From positions 62,001 through 126,000 of the forward strand of contig OZ176055.1 of assembly GCA_964247055.1 (NCBI GenBank): DNA of 64,000 bases, written 5' to 3'. Origin of the DNA: Paragordius varius. Taxonomy: Eukaryota > Animalia > Nematomorpha. Below the pieces are notes generated by a model. That model ran no database searches. It was not told the DNA's origin and worked only from the letters and a program-made list of their open reading frames with translations. How positions within the stretch are numbered: position 1 is the stretch's first letter; every line of letters begins with the position of its first letter. Shown here piece by piece: positions 38,267 through 49,436 of the stretch. The position numbers were made by a program, and so were the translations under genes.

Positions 38267-41200
38267 ATGGCTCGATGTATACGGAAATGGGAAGTTTTTC
38301 CGGGCAAGAATCGTATATATTGCGATGGTCGCATCATTATGGCAAAACAAACTGGCGTCTTTTATCTTACGCTGTTTATAATAGTTGCCATATCTATCCT
38401 ATTCTTTGTGTTTGAGTAAGTTTTTAAAAATACTTATAAAATTTAGTTTTAAATTTTATTTCTGATTTAATTTTTTTTAGTTGTCCATTCCTATCCTACC
38501 ATTTATCATTATCAATTCCAATCCTTGCGGCTGTTTTGCTCATATTCGTTTTACTGACATTGTTTCGAACGAGTTTCATAGATCCTGGAATCATTCCAAG
38601 AGCTTCTCCTCAAGAAGCCGATTACATTGCTAAATATGGTAACTCATATTTTACAAAAAATTATATAACTCAATTTCAAGTTTAATTTAAGAATCATATA
38701 TTTATAAATTATCCATTTGTTTTTGCTTAAATCAAATAATCGTTCGATAATGTTGTATTTTTCGATATAATCTCATTAATAGATGTCCAACACACATTCT
38801 ATACTTTCTAGTCTAGAAATTAATTTTCTATGCTTCCACATTCATATATTTTATTGATTTTTTCCATGTATTTCTCTGTAATTCCACTTTTTCCTCAAAA
38901 GAACCGTAAAATATAAGAGAATGGACTTTATAGTATTTTCTTAGGTAGGTAGGTACATTTCCCTTACAGGTGTTTCTTTGAGAATACGTTTTCTAAAGCC
39001 AACTTGTATAAACTTTGTTGCACACAACATTGTTTAGAATGTAAACTGCTTAAATTTTATTGATTTTTTGTTTAATTTTTTGTTTTTTTGGAATGAACTA
39101 TTGTTAGCCAGGGGCATTTATGCCTCGAATTAATTTTATTAGAACTTTGATGACTTTTTTAAAATTAGTTGATATTATTGGGTATTTTTTGTCTAATTAG
39201 CCAAAATTATTATGGCGAAATTAAATTTTAAAAATTTATTATATATTTAATTTAAGAATCCAAACATGTATTTTATAGTTTTAAAGTTTTAGTATCGCAG
39301 CATCTCTGTTTAAAAAATGAAATTATTTTAAATTATCCAATGTTTATAATTTTATTTATTAGTTGTATATAACAATGTTTTTTATAAATTTATATACACA
39401 TTCATAATCTTTCATATTTTTTATTAATAATCTTTCATTTATTTTGTAAAAAACCTTTTTTTCACCTGGATTTCTATGTATATATTATGAATCATCACAG
39501 TTGACATATGACCTAAATTATGCGCATTTTCATTAACAATATGATAAATAGTTTTAAGATTTAAAAAAACCAATTAGTTCAAAATATGAATCTCTAAAAT
39601 TATCTAAAATTATTTTCCAATTATATATTAACACAGAGTACAAAAAAATTACCATTAAGGTTTATGGTATGAGTAAGTATATATTACTAGAAAGTTATTA
39701 ATTAATTGTTGCCTGGCAATAATTAATAACTTTTTAGCAACATAAAAGGTATAAAGCCAGTATGTTCTATACAATGTATTTAACTTACATGAAAACATTG
39801 TATTGAATAATAAATTTTAGTGTATAATCAATTTACATCTCTATTCGCTATTTGAAAACCCAAAACAGCAATTTTTTCCCACATAAAGGTTTAAAAATGT
39901 GTTTTTTTATCACACAATTTTTTAAATTTTGTCTTAACTTTACTGTTTTTATATGATAGGTAAATTCAAAATTATAGATTATTTCATAGCAAAAACTTAA
40001 AAAATTGTTTTTAGAACTGCTAATCCTTAAAAGAAACCATATTTTTTTGAACATGTTTCTTCTTTATAATTTATATAGGTGTATGGTAAATTGAATGTAT
40101 TATCAAATTATTCCGTATCTAATACTTACTTAGTAACCCAAAACAATAGTGCTTTGAAAAAAAACAATATCTTTTTAAAAATATGGCTTTTTTATGAATT
40201 ATTCTCAAAAAAATTATTTTATTGTTACGATTTGTCCTTATAATTTCAATTTTCTATTCTTTCCCAAAATTATAACTTTTCAAAAAATCATGAAGATTAA
40301 ATATACCATTTACAGTTCAAATTCACCCATGAACAATTCAAATTCACCCTTGAACAATTCATATTCACCCTAAAAATAATTTGTGTTTTCGGGCTAATAT
40401 AACTCATTATTAGTATGAAATACATCTTAATGGTATAGTTTATTATTTTCCCAGTATTATTTTAATTTAATACAAAATTTTATTATTTTTTTAAAATTTA
40501 TAAAAATATTGGTAATTTTTAATCTTAAAAAACATTTAATTTATTTGAGGGTGAATTTGAATTGTTTAAGGGTGAATTTAAATTGTTCGAGGGTGAATTT
40601 AAATTGTTTAAGGGTGAATTTAAATTGTTCGAGGGTGAATTTAAATTGTTTAAGGGTGAATTTAAATTGTTCGAGGGTGAATTTGATTTGTTTAAGGGTG
40701 AATTTAAATTGTTCGAGGGTGAATTTGAATTGTTTAAGGGTGAATTTAAATTGTTTGAGGGTGAATTTGAATTGTTCGAGGGTGAATTTGAATTGTTTAA
40801 GGGTGAATTTGAATTGTTTGAGGGTGAATTTGAATTGTTCGAGGTTGAGTTTGAATTGTTTAAAGGTGAATTTGAATTGTTTAAGGGTGAATTTGAATTG
40901 TTTAAAGGTGAATTTGAATTGTTTGAGGGTGAATTTGAATTGTTCGAGGTTGAGTTTGAATTGTTTAAGGGTGAAATTCAATTGTAAATGGTATATTTTG
41001 TCTTTTATTTCCTATAGCAATAGCTCATTCAAATGCCGCTTTGGGAATTACTAATGCAACAGCTGATTCATACGGACAAACGCCAATTCCCCCACGGTTC
41101 ATGGAGGTTTGCATTAACGGTCAACTCATAAAACTCAAGTATTGTTACACTTGTAAGATTTATCGACCACCCCGGGCCTCCCATTGTTCCCTTTGTGATA

Positions 41201-44200
41201 ATTGTGTCGGTAAGTCAAGTTTATAAAAAGTTTTTGAAAATTGAATTCACTTTTATTCATGATATTCTTGCTATTTTCTATTAAATTTACTCATTTATAA
41301 TTTAAAATAGTTTAGAAATTTTTTATAATAATTTGCACGATAACTTTGATTACAGATTAAAAGTTTGTGGAAGTTTAGTACATTGAGAATAGAATTAGTG
41401 TTACTTCTCAAAAAGATAAATTAAATTAATCTCATGTAATTGTACTATTTTAACTATTAAAATTTACAAATATATATGAATGAATTATCCTTATTATGTT
41501 TTTGACATTTTCCCCCCTCGGTTTTTATCATAAAAGTCCACAAAATATTAGTTTTCTATCCGATTGCCTATAAAAAATATATCTGGTGTGTGCATATTTG
41601 ATTTCTTAATCGCTAGCTTTAAATAATATCTCTAATTTTATTTTGTTTTGTTTAGTACAACAATTTAGAGTAAAAATTGAAATCATACGGACGAAACTTA
41701 AAAATATCAAGACAAATATTTTTTTCTAAAAAACCATACTTTTATAAACCTTAGTTTTTCCATATCAATTATTTATCTACAATTATGATAATATATAATT
41801 GATTGTTTTACCAATATACATCTCTATTTCATACTTTAATTTTAAATAATATTAAAAAAATGAAGATTCAAAAAGTATGATTATCTTTTAAAAAAAATAT
41901 TTGACTTTCTATTTTTACGTTTCGTCCGTATGATTTCAATTTTTACTGTATTTTTCCTTTTAATTGAAGTACGAATAAATATTTTCATATAAAAAAATAT
42001 TTATTTGCTTGTAAGCAAGATGAAAATGAAATTATGAATATGCAGAATGTAATATGAAAATATTTAAAATTTCTAGGTTAAAGGAAAAAAAATCTTATTT
42101 TTTTATGTTTTTAGAAAGATTCGATCACCATTGTCCCTGGGTTGGTAACTGCGTTGGAAAACGGAATTATCGATATTTCTACATGTTTCTAACGTCGCTC
42201 ACAATTCTTTGCATTTACATTCTTGGATTTAGTTTAGCTCATCTAATTATGCGTATGACATCATATTACTTTATTCTAAAATTATTATTTTATATATAAA
42301 GTACCTTTGTAAATCAATTTATATTTTTTTATTTAATATATAGTAACTAAGAATGAAAGTTTACTGTATTCCTCATACACGGGTGCTGATGTAAGTCAAC
42401 CCACAGTTATAACGGACCGACCCATGAGATTCAAAATATTCCAACCATCATTCCCTAATCGACACCAATCTGGTATTTTTACTTTATCAAATATACCACA
42501 CATTTTTTAACACGCTTTAATTTTTTTAAATACTTAGGTACATATATTAAAAAGTAGGGGGATATATATATACCATTTACAATATTCACTCTTGAATAAT
42601 TCAAATTTACCTAAGAATAATATTAATTCACCCTCGAACAATTTAAATTCACTCTAAAAATAAATTGTGTTTTCGGGCAGCTAATATAACTCATTATTAA
42701 TTAATATAAAATATATCTTTATGGCATAGCTTATTATTTTTCAGTATTAAACTTAAAATTTCATTTTTTAAAAATATAAATAAATACAAGTAAATTTTAA
42801 TCAAAAAAAATTTATTTTAGGGGGTGAATTTGAATTGTCCAAGGGTGAATTTGAATTATAAATGGTAAATGTAGACTTCAAGTTTTTTATGAATCAGCAA
42901 TAGAAAGATCAATTAAAGCCACATGATATTATATAATCTGCAATTTTTTATATAACCTGTGTGTTAGTGTATTTAATATAGGGTTATAACCTTAAAGCTA
43001 TATCAAACAACCTTAAATATAAAAGTTGACATATATGATTGGCCTATATCAATTTTACATGGAAGAACCTATAACTTCAAATTTTTGTCTGTATCTCTTT
43101 AATCCTAACCATAGGCTTAGGAACAGGGAATATCAATTTTTTAAATCTTCCAATATGAAAAGACGTTTTATTACTTTTACCATTTAAAAATTACATATAA
43201 AGAAAGTCTTTGATTTTTCAAACTTTTCAAAATCCATTAACTTTTTAATCGATCTATAGGCTTAGGGGGAACAGGGAATCCTAACTTTTCTCCTTTTTCC
43301 AGTATGAAAAGACCTTTTATTACTTTTCCCATTTAAAAATTACATATATAGGGCTAAGTCTTTAAATTTTCGAAATACCATTAATTTTTTAATCAATAGG
43401 CTTAGGAGAAATAGGGAATCCTAACTTTCCTTTTACCAAAATAAAAGGACTTTTTTTTACCTTTACCATTTAAAAATTAAAAAGTTTTTTATTTTTTTCA
43501 AAATTTTAAAATCCTATTAACTTTTTAATCGATTTATAGGCTTTGGGGGAACAATCCTAACTTTTTTTCTACATTTTCCAATACGAAAAGACCTTTTATT
43601 AGTTTTACCATTTAAAAATTACATATATAGATAAATCTTTTTCTAATTTATTTAAATTTTCAAAATTCATTAATTTTTTTTTTTACCATTTAAAAAATTA
43701 CATATATAGCTTTTTTTTCAAAATCCATTATTTTTTAATAAAAAAAACGATTTATAGGCTTTGGAGGAACAGGGAATCCTTACTCTTCTACATTTTTCAA
43801 AAATTTAAAAATTACATATATAGATAAATCTTTTCTAATTTATTAAAATTTTCAAATTCCATTAACTTTTTAATCAAAAAGAAACAATTTATATTGGAGG
43901 AACAGGGAATCCTTCGATAACGTTTGTGGATGCTGTGAAAACACCTTTTATAACTTTTACCATTTAAAAATTACAAATAAAGATAAATCTCTTAATTTTC
44001 AATATCTATTAACTTTTTAATCAAAACTATTTATACGTCTCGGAACAGGAAATTCTAATTTTTTTGTCTTTTTCCAGTATGAAAAGACCTTTTATTACTT
44101 TTACCATTTTAAAATACATATATAGAAAAGTCTTTTTTTACAAAATCCATTAACTTTTTAATCAAAACTATTTGTAGGCTTTGGAGGAACAGGGAATCCT

Positions 44201-47200
44201 AACTTTTTTTTATTTTCCAAATTAAAATGAACATGGTTTTCCTTTTACCATTTAAAAATTACATATATAGATAAATCTTTAAATTTTCAAGATCCATTAA
44301 TTTTCAAAATCCATATTTAGGCTTAGGGGAAACAGGGAATTCTCACTTTGTTTTTAAATTTTCCAAATAAATAGACTTATTTTTACCATTTAAAAATTAC
44401 ATATATAGAAATAAGTCTTTAATATTTTTTCACATTAACTTTTTAATCAAAACTATTTATAGGCTTTGGGGGTGGAACAGGGAATCCTTCGATAACGTTT
44501 GTGGATGCTGTGAAAAGTACACCTGCGACTGTGGTCGTTTGTGTCGTTTGTTTTTTCTCGCTTTGGTCCATTCTTGGATTAACGGGTTTCCACACATATC
44601 TCACTACCACGGAACAAACCACCAATGAAGATGTAACCATTAACTTTTTAGTTTTGAAACTTAAAAAAATAGTTTTTGCTTAGTAAAAATTGAAATTATA
44701 TGGACAAAACGTAAAAATTTGACAAAAACTCTTTTTTGAAAAGGCGGTCGTACTTTTTGAAAAATCTCTGATTTTTTACAATATATAACTTTTATGATTA
44801 CGATCGTGATTAATACGAAGAAAATGTGTCATAAATTAACATTTTTATTTCTTTTTTTGCAATTTAAAATGATCATTTTTTGAAACATTTAATAAGAATT
44901 TGGCTATTTTTTTGCAAAAAAATTGGTCTTTTTTTGTTTTTACGTTTTTCCCTCAGTGAAATTCATTTAAAAATAGTAGCAGCAATCGAAATAATACGGA
45001 CAAAATGGAAAAATTTAAATGCAAAAATCCTTTTTTTAAATGGCGTCTATACTTTTTGAAAAATCATTTTTACAATACATAAGTTTTATGATTATGATTG
45101 TGAAGTATATGAGAGAATGTGTTACCAATTTACATTTTTATTCCTTTTTTGCAATTCAAGCGATAAGAATTTTTAACACACATTTAAAGTTTTTAAAAGT
45201 TGGCTATGTTTTTGTAAAAAATATTGGTCCTTTAGTTTTTACGTTTTGCCTCAGTGAAATTCGCTCAAAAATAGTAGCAAGAATTTAAATTATACGGACA
45301 AAACGTAAAAATATAAAGACGACTGTATATTTTCACCTTGATTTTTTCTTCATTAATTAATCTTAATATTAAATTAATATAAATGAATGTGTTACGAATT
45401 AATTTTTCTATTTCTTTACAATCCAGAACGAGATATGTTTATTCCAAAAACTATGATTTAAAAAAGTATACTCTCTTTTAAAAAATATTTGGCATTTAGT
45501 TGTTTTTCCGTTTTTTCTCTGTAAAACTCAGTCAAACATTGTCTTTTTTAAGCTTAATTTTTATTGAAAATTTATATTTTTTTAGACCCATACATATATA
45601 TATATATATAGATTAAAGGAACTTCAATTTAAAAATATCTCTTCCCTATTTTAAATCCAAAACGACATGGGTTCGATTATAAAAACTAAGCTTTAAAAAA
45701 GTATTACTGTCTTTTACAAAAAAATATTGATGTTTTAGTTTTTTTTTCGTTTTTTCTCTGTAAACTCAGTCACCTGTCTTTTTAAGCTAAATTTTATATT
45801 TTTATATGAATTTATATTTTTTTTATACCCACATATATATATATATATATATCTATAGATTAAAGGAACTTTTTCTCAACGCAAAGGTAGGACAGTAGTA
45901 AATCCTTACAGCACGGGTTCGCCCATTTGTAATTGGTGTAAAGTTATTTGTGGACCTTTAACTCCGAGTTTGATTGATCTAAGAGGACCGCTTCCTGAAT
46001 ACAATAATGATCGCAATCTTACATCGTTCCCAAAGCCTTCGATTATGTCAAATCATAATGCAAATAAAGTATGTATGCTATTTTAGATTAAATATTACGG
46101 TAAAAATTGAAATTATATACCATGGACAAAACGCGTAAAAAAAGACAACAATATTTTTTCAATAAAAGCAACCATATTTTTTCAACAAAAGACAATTGAT
46201 TCAAAATTAATGATTGTTTTGGAGTGCAAATTATGGATTAGATATGTAAATAGTTGATATACTCATTTATATCATTCCAAAAAAATGTAATCAAGTAGTT
46301 TATGGAGGAAAAATTAAGGTTTAAAAAAGTAGGGCTATATCTTAAAAAAATATTTGTCTTTATGTTTATACTTTTTGTCCGTATAATTTCAACTTTTACT
46401 GTAATTATGCTAAAAGTATTTAAGTGTAATTATCATCCAGTAAATATTAGAATTGTAAAAATATAATTTATAAAAAAAACTTAAAAAAAATTTTTTTATA
46501 AGGACAACTAAATTTTTAAACACTTTTTTAAATAACTCATTGGTATGAGTTGCTAAAACTTACTTAATTTTTTATATTATGATCAATATGGAAATTAAGG
46601 ATAAAAAATATGTCATGTTCATGAAAAATTGTTTTATTTTATGTTTTTAATTTTTGCATTTGCTTATATATTTCATTTGTTTTGTTAACTTGGTGATTAT
46701 TAGATGCGAATTCCTAGCGAAAAGGGTATAATTTCCCCACAACAAAGGATTAACTCAAGCCTTAATCCGAGTTACATTGAAAATGGATATCTATCTTCAC
46801 CAAATAATGCTGCAAAGTTTTTTTTACTATTAAATGATTCTTCAAGAATTTTTGAAATTCTTGAGTAAAAAAACTTTTCTTTTATTTCTCAGATATTTTT
46901 CGAATGAAAGTAATCAAGCCAACTCAATCAATACTCCACAAAACTCAACACAAACTAACTTAAAACCGGTTATCAATAATAATAATAATTTTAATACGAA
47001 TATATCGACATCTTATCCATTCCACAATGTACCCCCTGATGACATTGAAAAGATTCATCAATATTTGTTGGAACGCAATTCCAAAAATTTGGATTTGAAA
47101 TCGCCTGGTCAAATATCGCCCGTCAATAATCATATAAATGGTCATTTCAAAACCGGTGACTTGAAACAATCTCCAAGCGAAAAAAGGTATTCTACATAAG

Positions 47201-48588
47201 ACATTTAATTAAATACCCATTTTTGTTTTTAAAAACATTTTATTCAATAACCGAATAATCGAAACTGTAATTAACTTTTTATATTTATACCTAGATTGAT
47301 ACAATTACAAATAGCGAATTCTGACCGTAATGATTCGGATATAGCAATGCGCCAAATCTCGAATGATAACTGCACTGACAAGGTTTTCTGTAATTTATGT
47401 GGTTTTTTTTTACAATAAAAAATGCTCTTTTAAAATCAGGGCTTTTTTTCTTTAATATTCTGACAACACTTACTTTTATTGCGACGTAGATGTTAGTTAA
47501 TATTAATACAATTAACCCTAACACTTCATCTAACATCATCTCAACTAATGTAACCCACGATGAAGGCACATTTAACCAGCCAATTCAATCAATAATACCC
47601 CAAGGTTTAATCAAAAATTAATTTTTTCTTTCTTTTTAAGATTATTTATACTACTAATTACTAATATGTGTTATTCAAAGTTTAAAAAGTTCCCATATTG
47701 TTTTATAACTAAAAATTTCTTCAAATATTCTAGATGGGGGGTTAATTTTATTTTAAAATATTTTATACTAACACACAATTAGACATCAAAAACGCCAGTA
47801 AATACTCAAACTTCAAACCTGTGAAACCGAACAAATTAAATAATCCGATAACTACTTCTTCTGTTCATACAAATGATAAAAAAATGTTTGATTCTGCTAA
47901 AAATATTCATAGCGATATTACTCAAGTCATAAATTGTACTTTATCATCTCCAAACAACTCAAAAAACACGCCGCCGCCTTTTCAAAAAACATCAAGAGAT
48001 AAAAAAGATTGTATAGTCGGTCAAGATGGTTCAATTAAAACTATTTATCCTGATAATATCAAAAATGTTTTCGAAGATTATTATGTTACAAGTCCACAAA
48101 AAACAGCAAATAATTACACTATGACTACTTTGGAAGATCAAATTCCATTATGGAGACCCGATTCCATATCTATTCATACCAATAATAATTTAAACACGCC
48201 AGTTGGTTTAGAAAATTTAGCTTTTGAAGAGGTGACAACACAAAAGAATCGTCGCAAAGACGCCAATAATTATAATAAAAGTTTTTTACAAAAAACCAAT
48301 AATCAATTGATGCCAAATACTTTTGACCCGAATGCTACTCATCATTTGCTAGAGAATCACCCGTTGAAAAAAACGCTGAAATTTTGTTTGCAATCTGGTA
48401 TTCCAACCAACATTCTTTTACCCGCGTCCACGTCCTCATCAATGGATTCTTCAACGCAGAGTTCCAACCTTGAAAGCCCAATGACATTTTTGCCCTCAGT
48501 TAAAACTATTGGTGACCTAACTTCTGAAATCAATGAAAATTTTAATTTTTTACACCATATAGTTTCATCCCCGGTTGATGTCAATTAA
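38267..48588 (+). CDS. ZDHHC14: DHHC palmitoyltransferase, ZDHHC9/14/18 (App-like) subfamily
   Basis: Exons 38267-38415 ([11 protein letters not shown]...[12 protein letters not shown]), 38481-38638 ([13 protein letters not shown]), 41018-41209 ([24 protein letters not shown]), 42115-42252 ([22 protein letters not shown]), 42344-42472 (extra symmetric exon), 44463-44632 (GFHTYL...TTNED), 45859-46068, 46704-46816, 46893-47186, 47295-47382, 47491-47604, 47783-48588. The symbol gives the closest vertebrate resemblance; orthology is to the subfamily. The Asn/Ser-rich tail exons are less certain. Confidence 0.9.
40306..40991. repeat. Family F copy with a ~21-unit 21-bp array in the right arm
   Basis: Array at ~40549-40980; it generates the repeat ORFs 40509, 40541 and 40562 in the ORF track. 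It ends 26 nt before the ZDHHC exon 3 acceptor. Confidence 0.9.
43100..44516 (+). repeat. ~140-bp tandem array (about 10 units) built from the ZDHHC intron/exon acceptor junction
   Basis: Each unit ends with (t)AGGCTT(a/t)GG..GGAACAGGGAATCCT. AGs at 43113, 43258, 43398, 43538, 43756, 44176, 44319 and the true acceptor at 44461-44462. Two units (~43890, ~44035) have lost the AG. Confidence 0.9.
45400..45870 (+). repeat. ~240-bp tandem duplication including a ZDHHC acceptor and the first 12 exon nt
   Basis: (TA)n-TAG|ATTAAAGGAACT occurs at 45612 and 45859 with homologous upstream sequence. Confidence 0.8.
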
Positions 48589-49436
48589 ATTTATATAGAT
48601 TTATATATTTCTGTAATTGCTTGTTCTGTGTAATTTTATACATAATACCTTTGGCATTATTTTCGCCTTTTTTGGATTATTTTTATTGTAAGTAATTCCA
48701 TATACATATATATATCCCGTTTTCTCATTATTGCCTTGTGATACACAAATTGAAAAATATTCATCATTATTTTCTTGTATTGACATATATGACAGAGTTT
48801 TATAATTATATTTCTATATTACTCCGTATGTATATTTTTAAATTGAGATCTTATCTTGTAAATCTAGTTGCGATCAAATCATTGATTGATATTTTTCTCA
48901 AAATATTCCAAGCATTATTTTATGATGATTCCATTATAATAATAATAATATATTTTATGTTTTGCTGCAAATATTTTTAAGGTATTATTGTGCATAATTC
49001 TCAAATGTTTTTTTGAACTTTTATTATAAAGTTGGAAATGAACTAAAATGTTTTTCTGTTATATAAAGAAGGCATAAAATATAAGTAGATTTTACGGATG
49101 TTTGTTGGGAATTTAAAAAAATATGTTTATGGTATTAGTAACTTTAACAACTAAAAATTTAATTTTTGGTTTAAATGATACATTTAATCCTGAGAATTAA
49201 ACAAGAGTTGATGAGCAGGCGATTTATTTGCGTGTTTTTAAACCATAAAAACAACTTGAAATAGATAACCCTTAAAATTTGGACACAACAATAGCCTAAC
49301 TTTTGAATATTAAAAAAATCCAAAAATAATTTATTATTGCTAATAACATTGAATAGGTAATATATCACACTTTGATGACTAGAAATATGTGGTTTATTCA
49401 AATAAAATGAGATTAGTAGGGGCTTGATATGCACCG

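Noticed and set aside
38700-38940. Possible Tc1-like transposase remnant on the minus strand ([10 protein letters not shown] vs DLNPIENVW)
   Set aside because: Similarity is too weak, there are multiple stops, and no TIRs were found.
39690-39735. Near-perfect AT-rich palindrome
   Set aside because: Short, low complexity and most likely a collapsed MITE remnant; no evidence for an RNA gene.
40549-40980. CRISPR-like array
   Set aside because: Units are contiguous with no unique spacers, there are no cas genes, and the context is eukaryotic. The same applies to the 140-bp array.
40509-41054. Long repeat ORFs (RVNLNCL / FKGEFEL / LKQFKFT)n here and at 23214-23528 and 61646-61876
   Set aside because: They are translations of the 21-bp MITE array, open in several frames on both strands, and lie inside introns of other genes.
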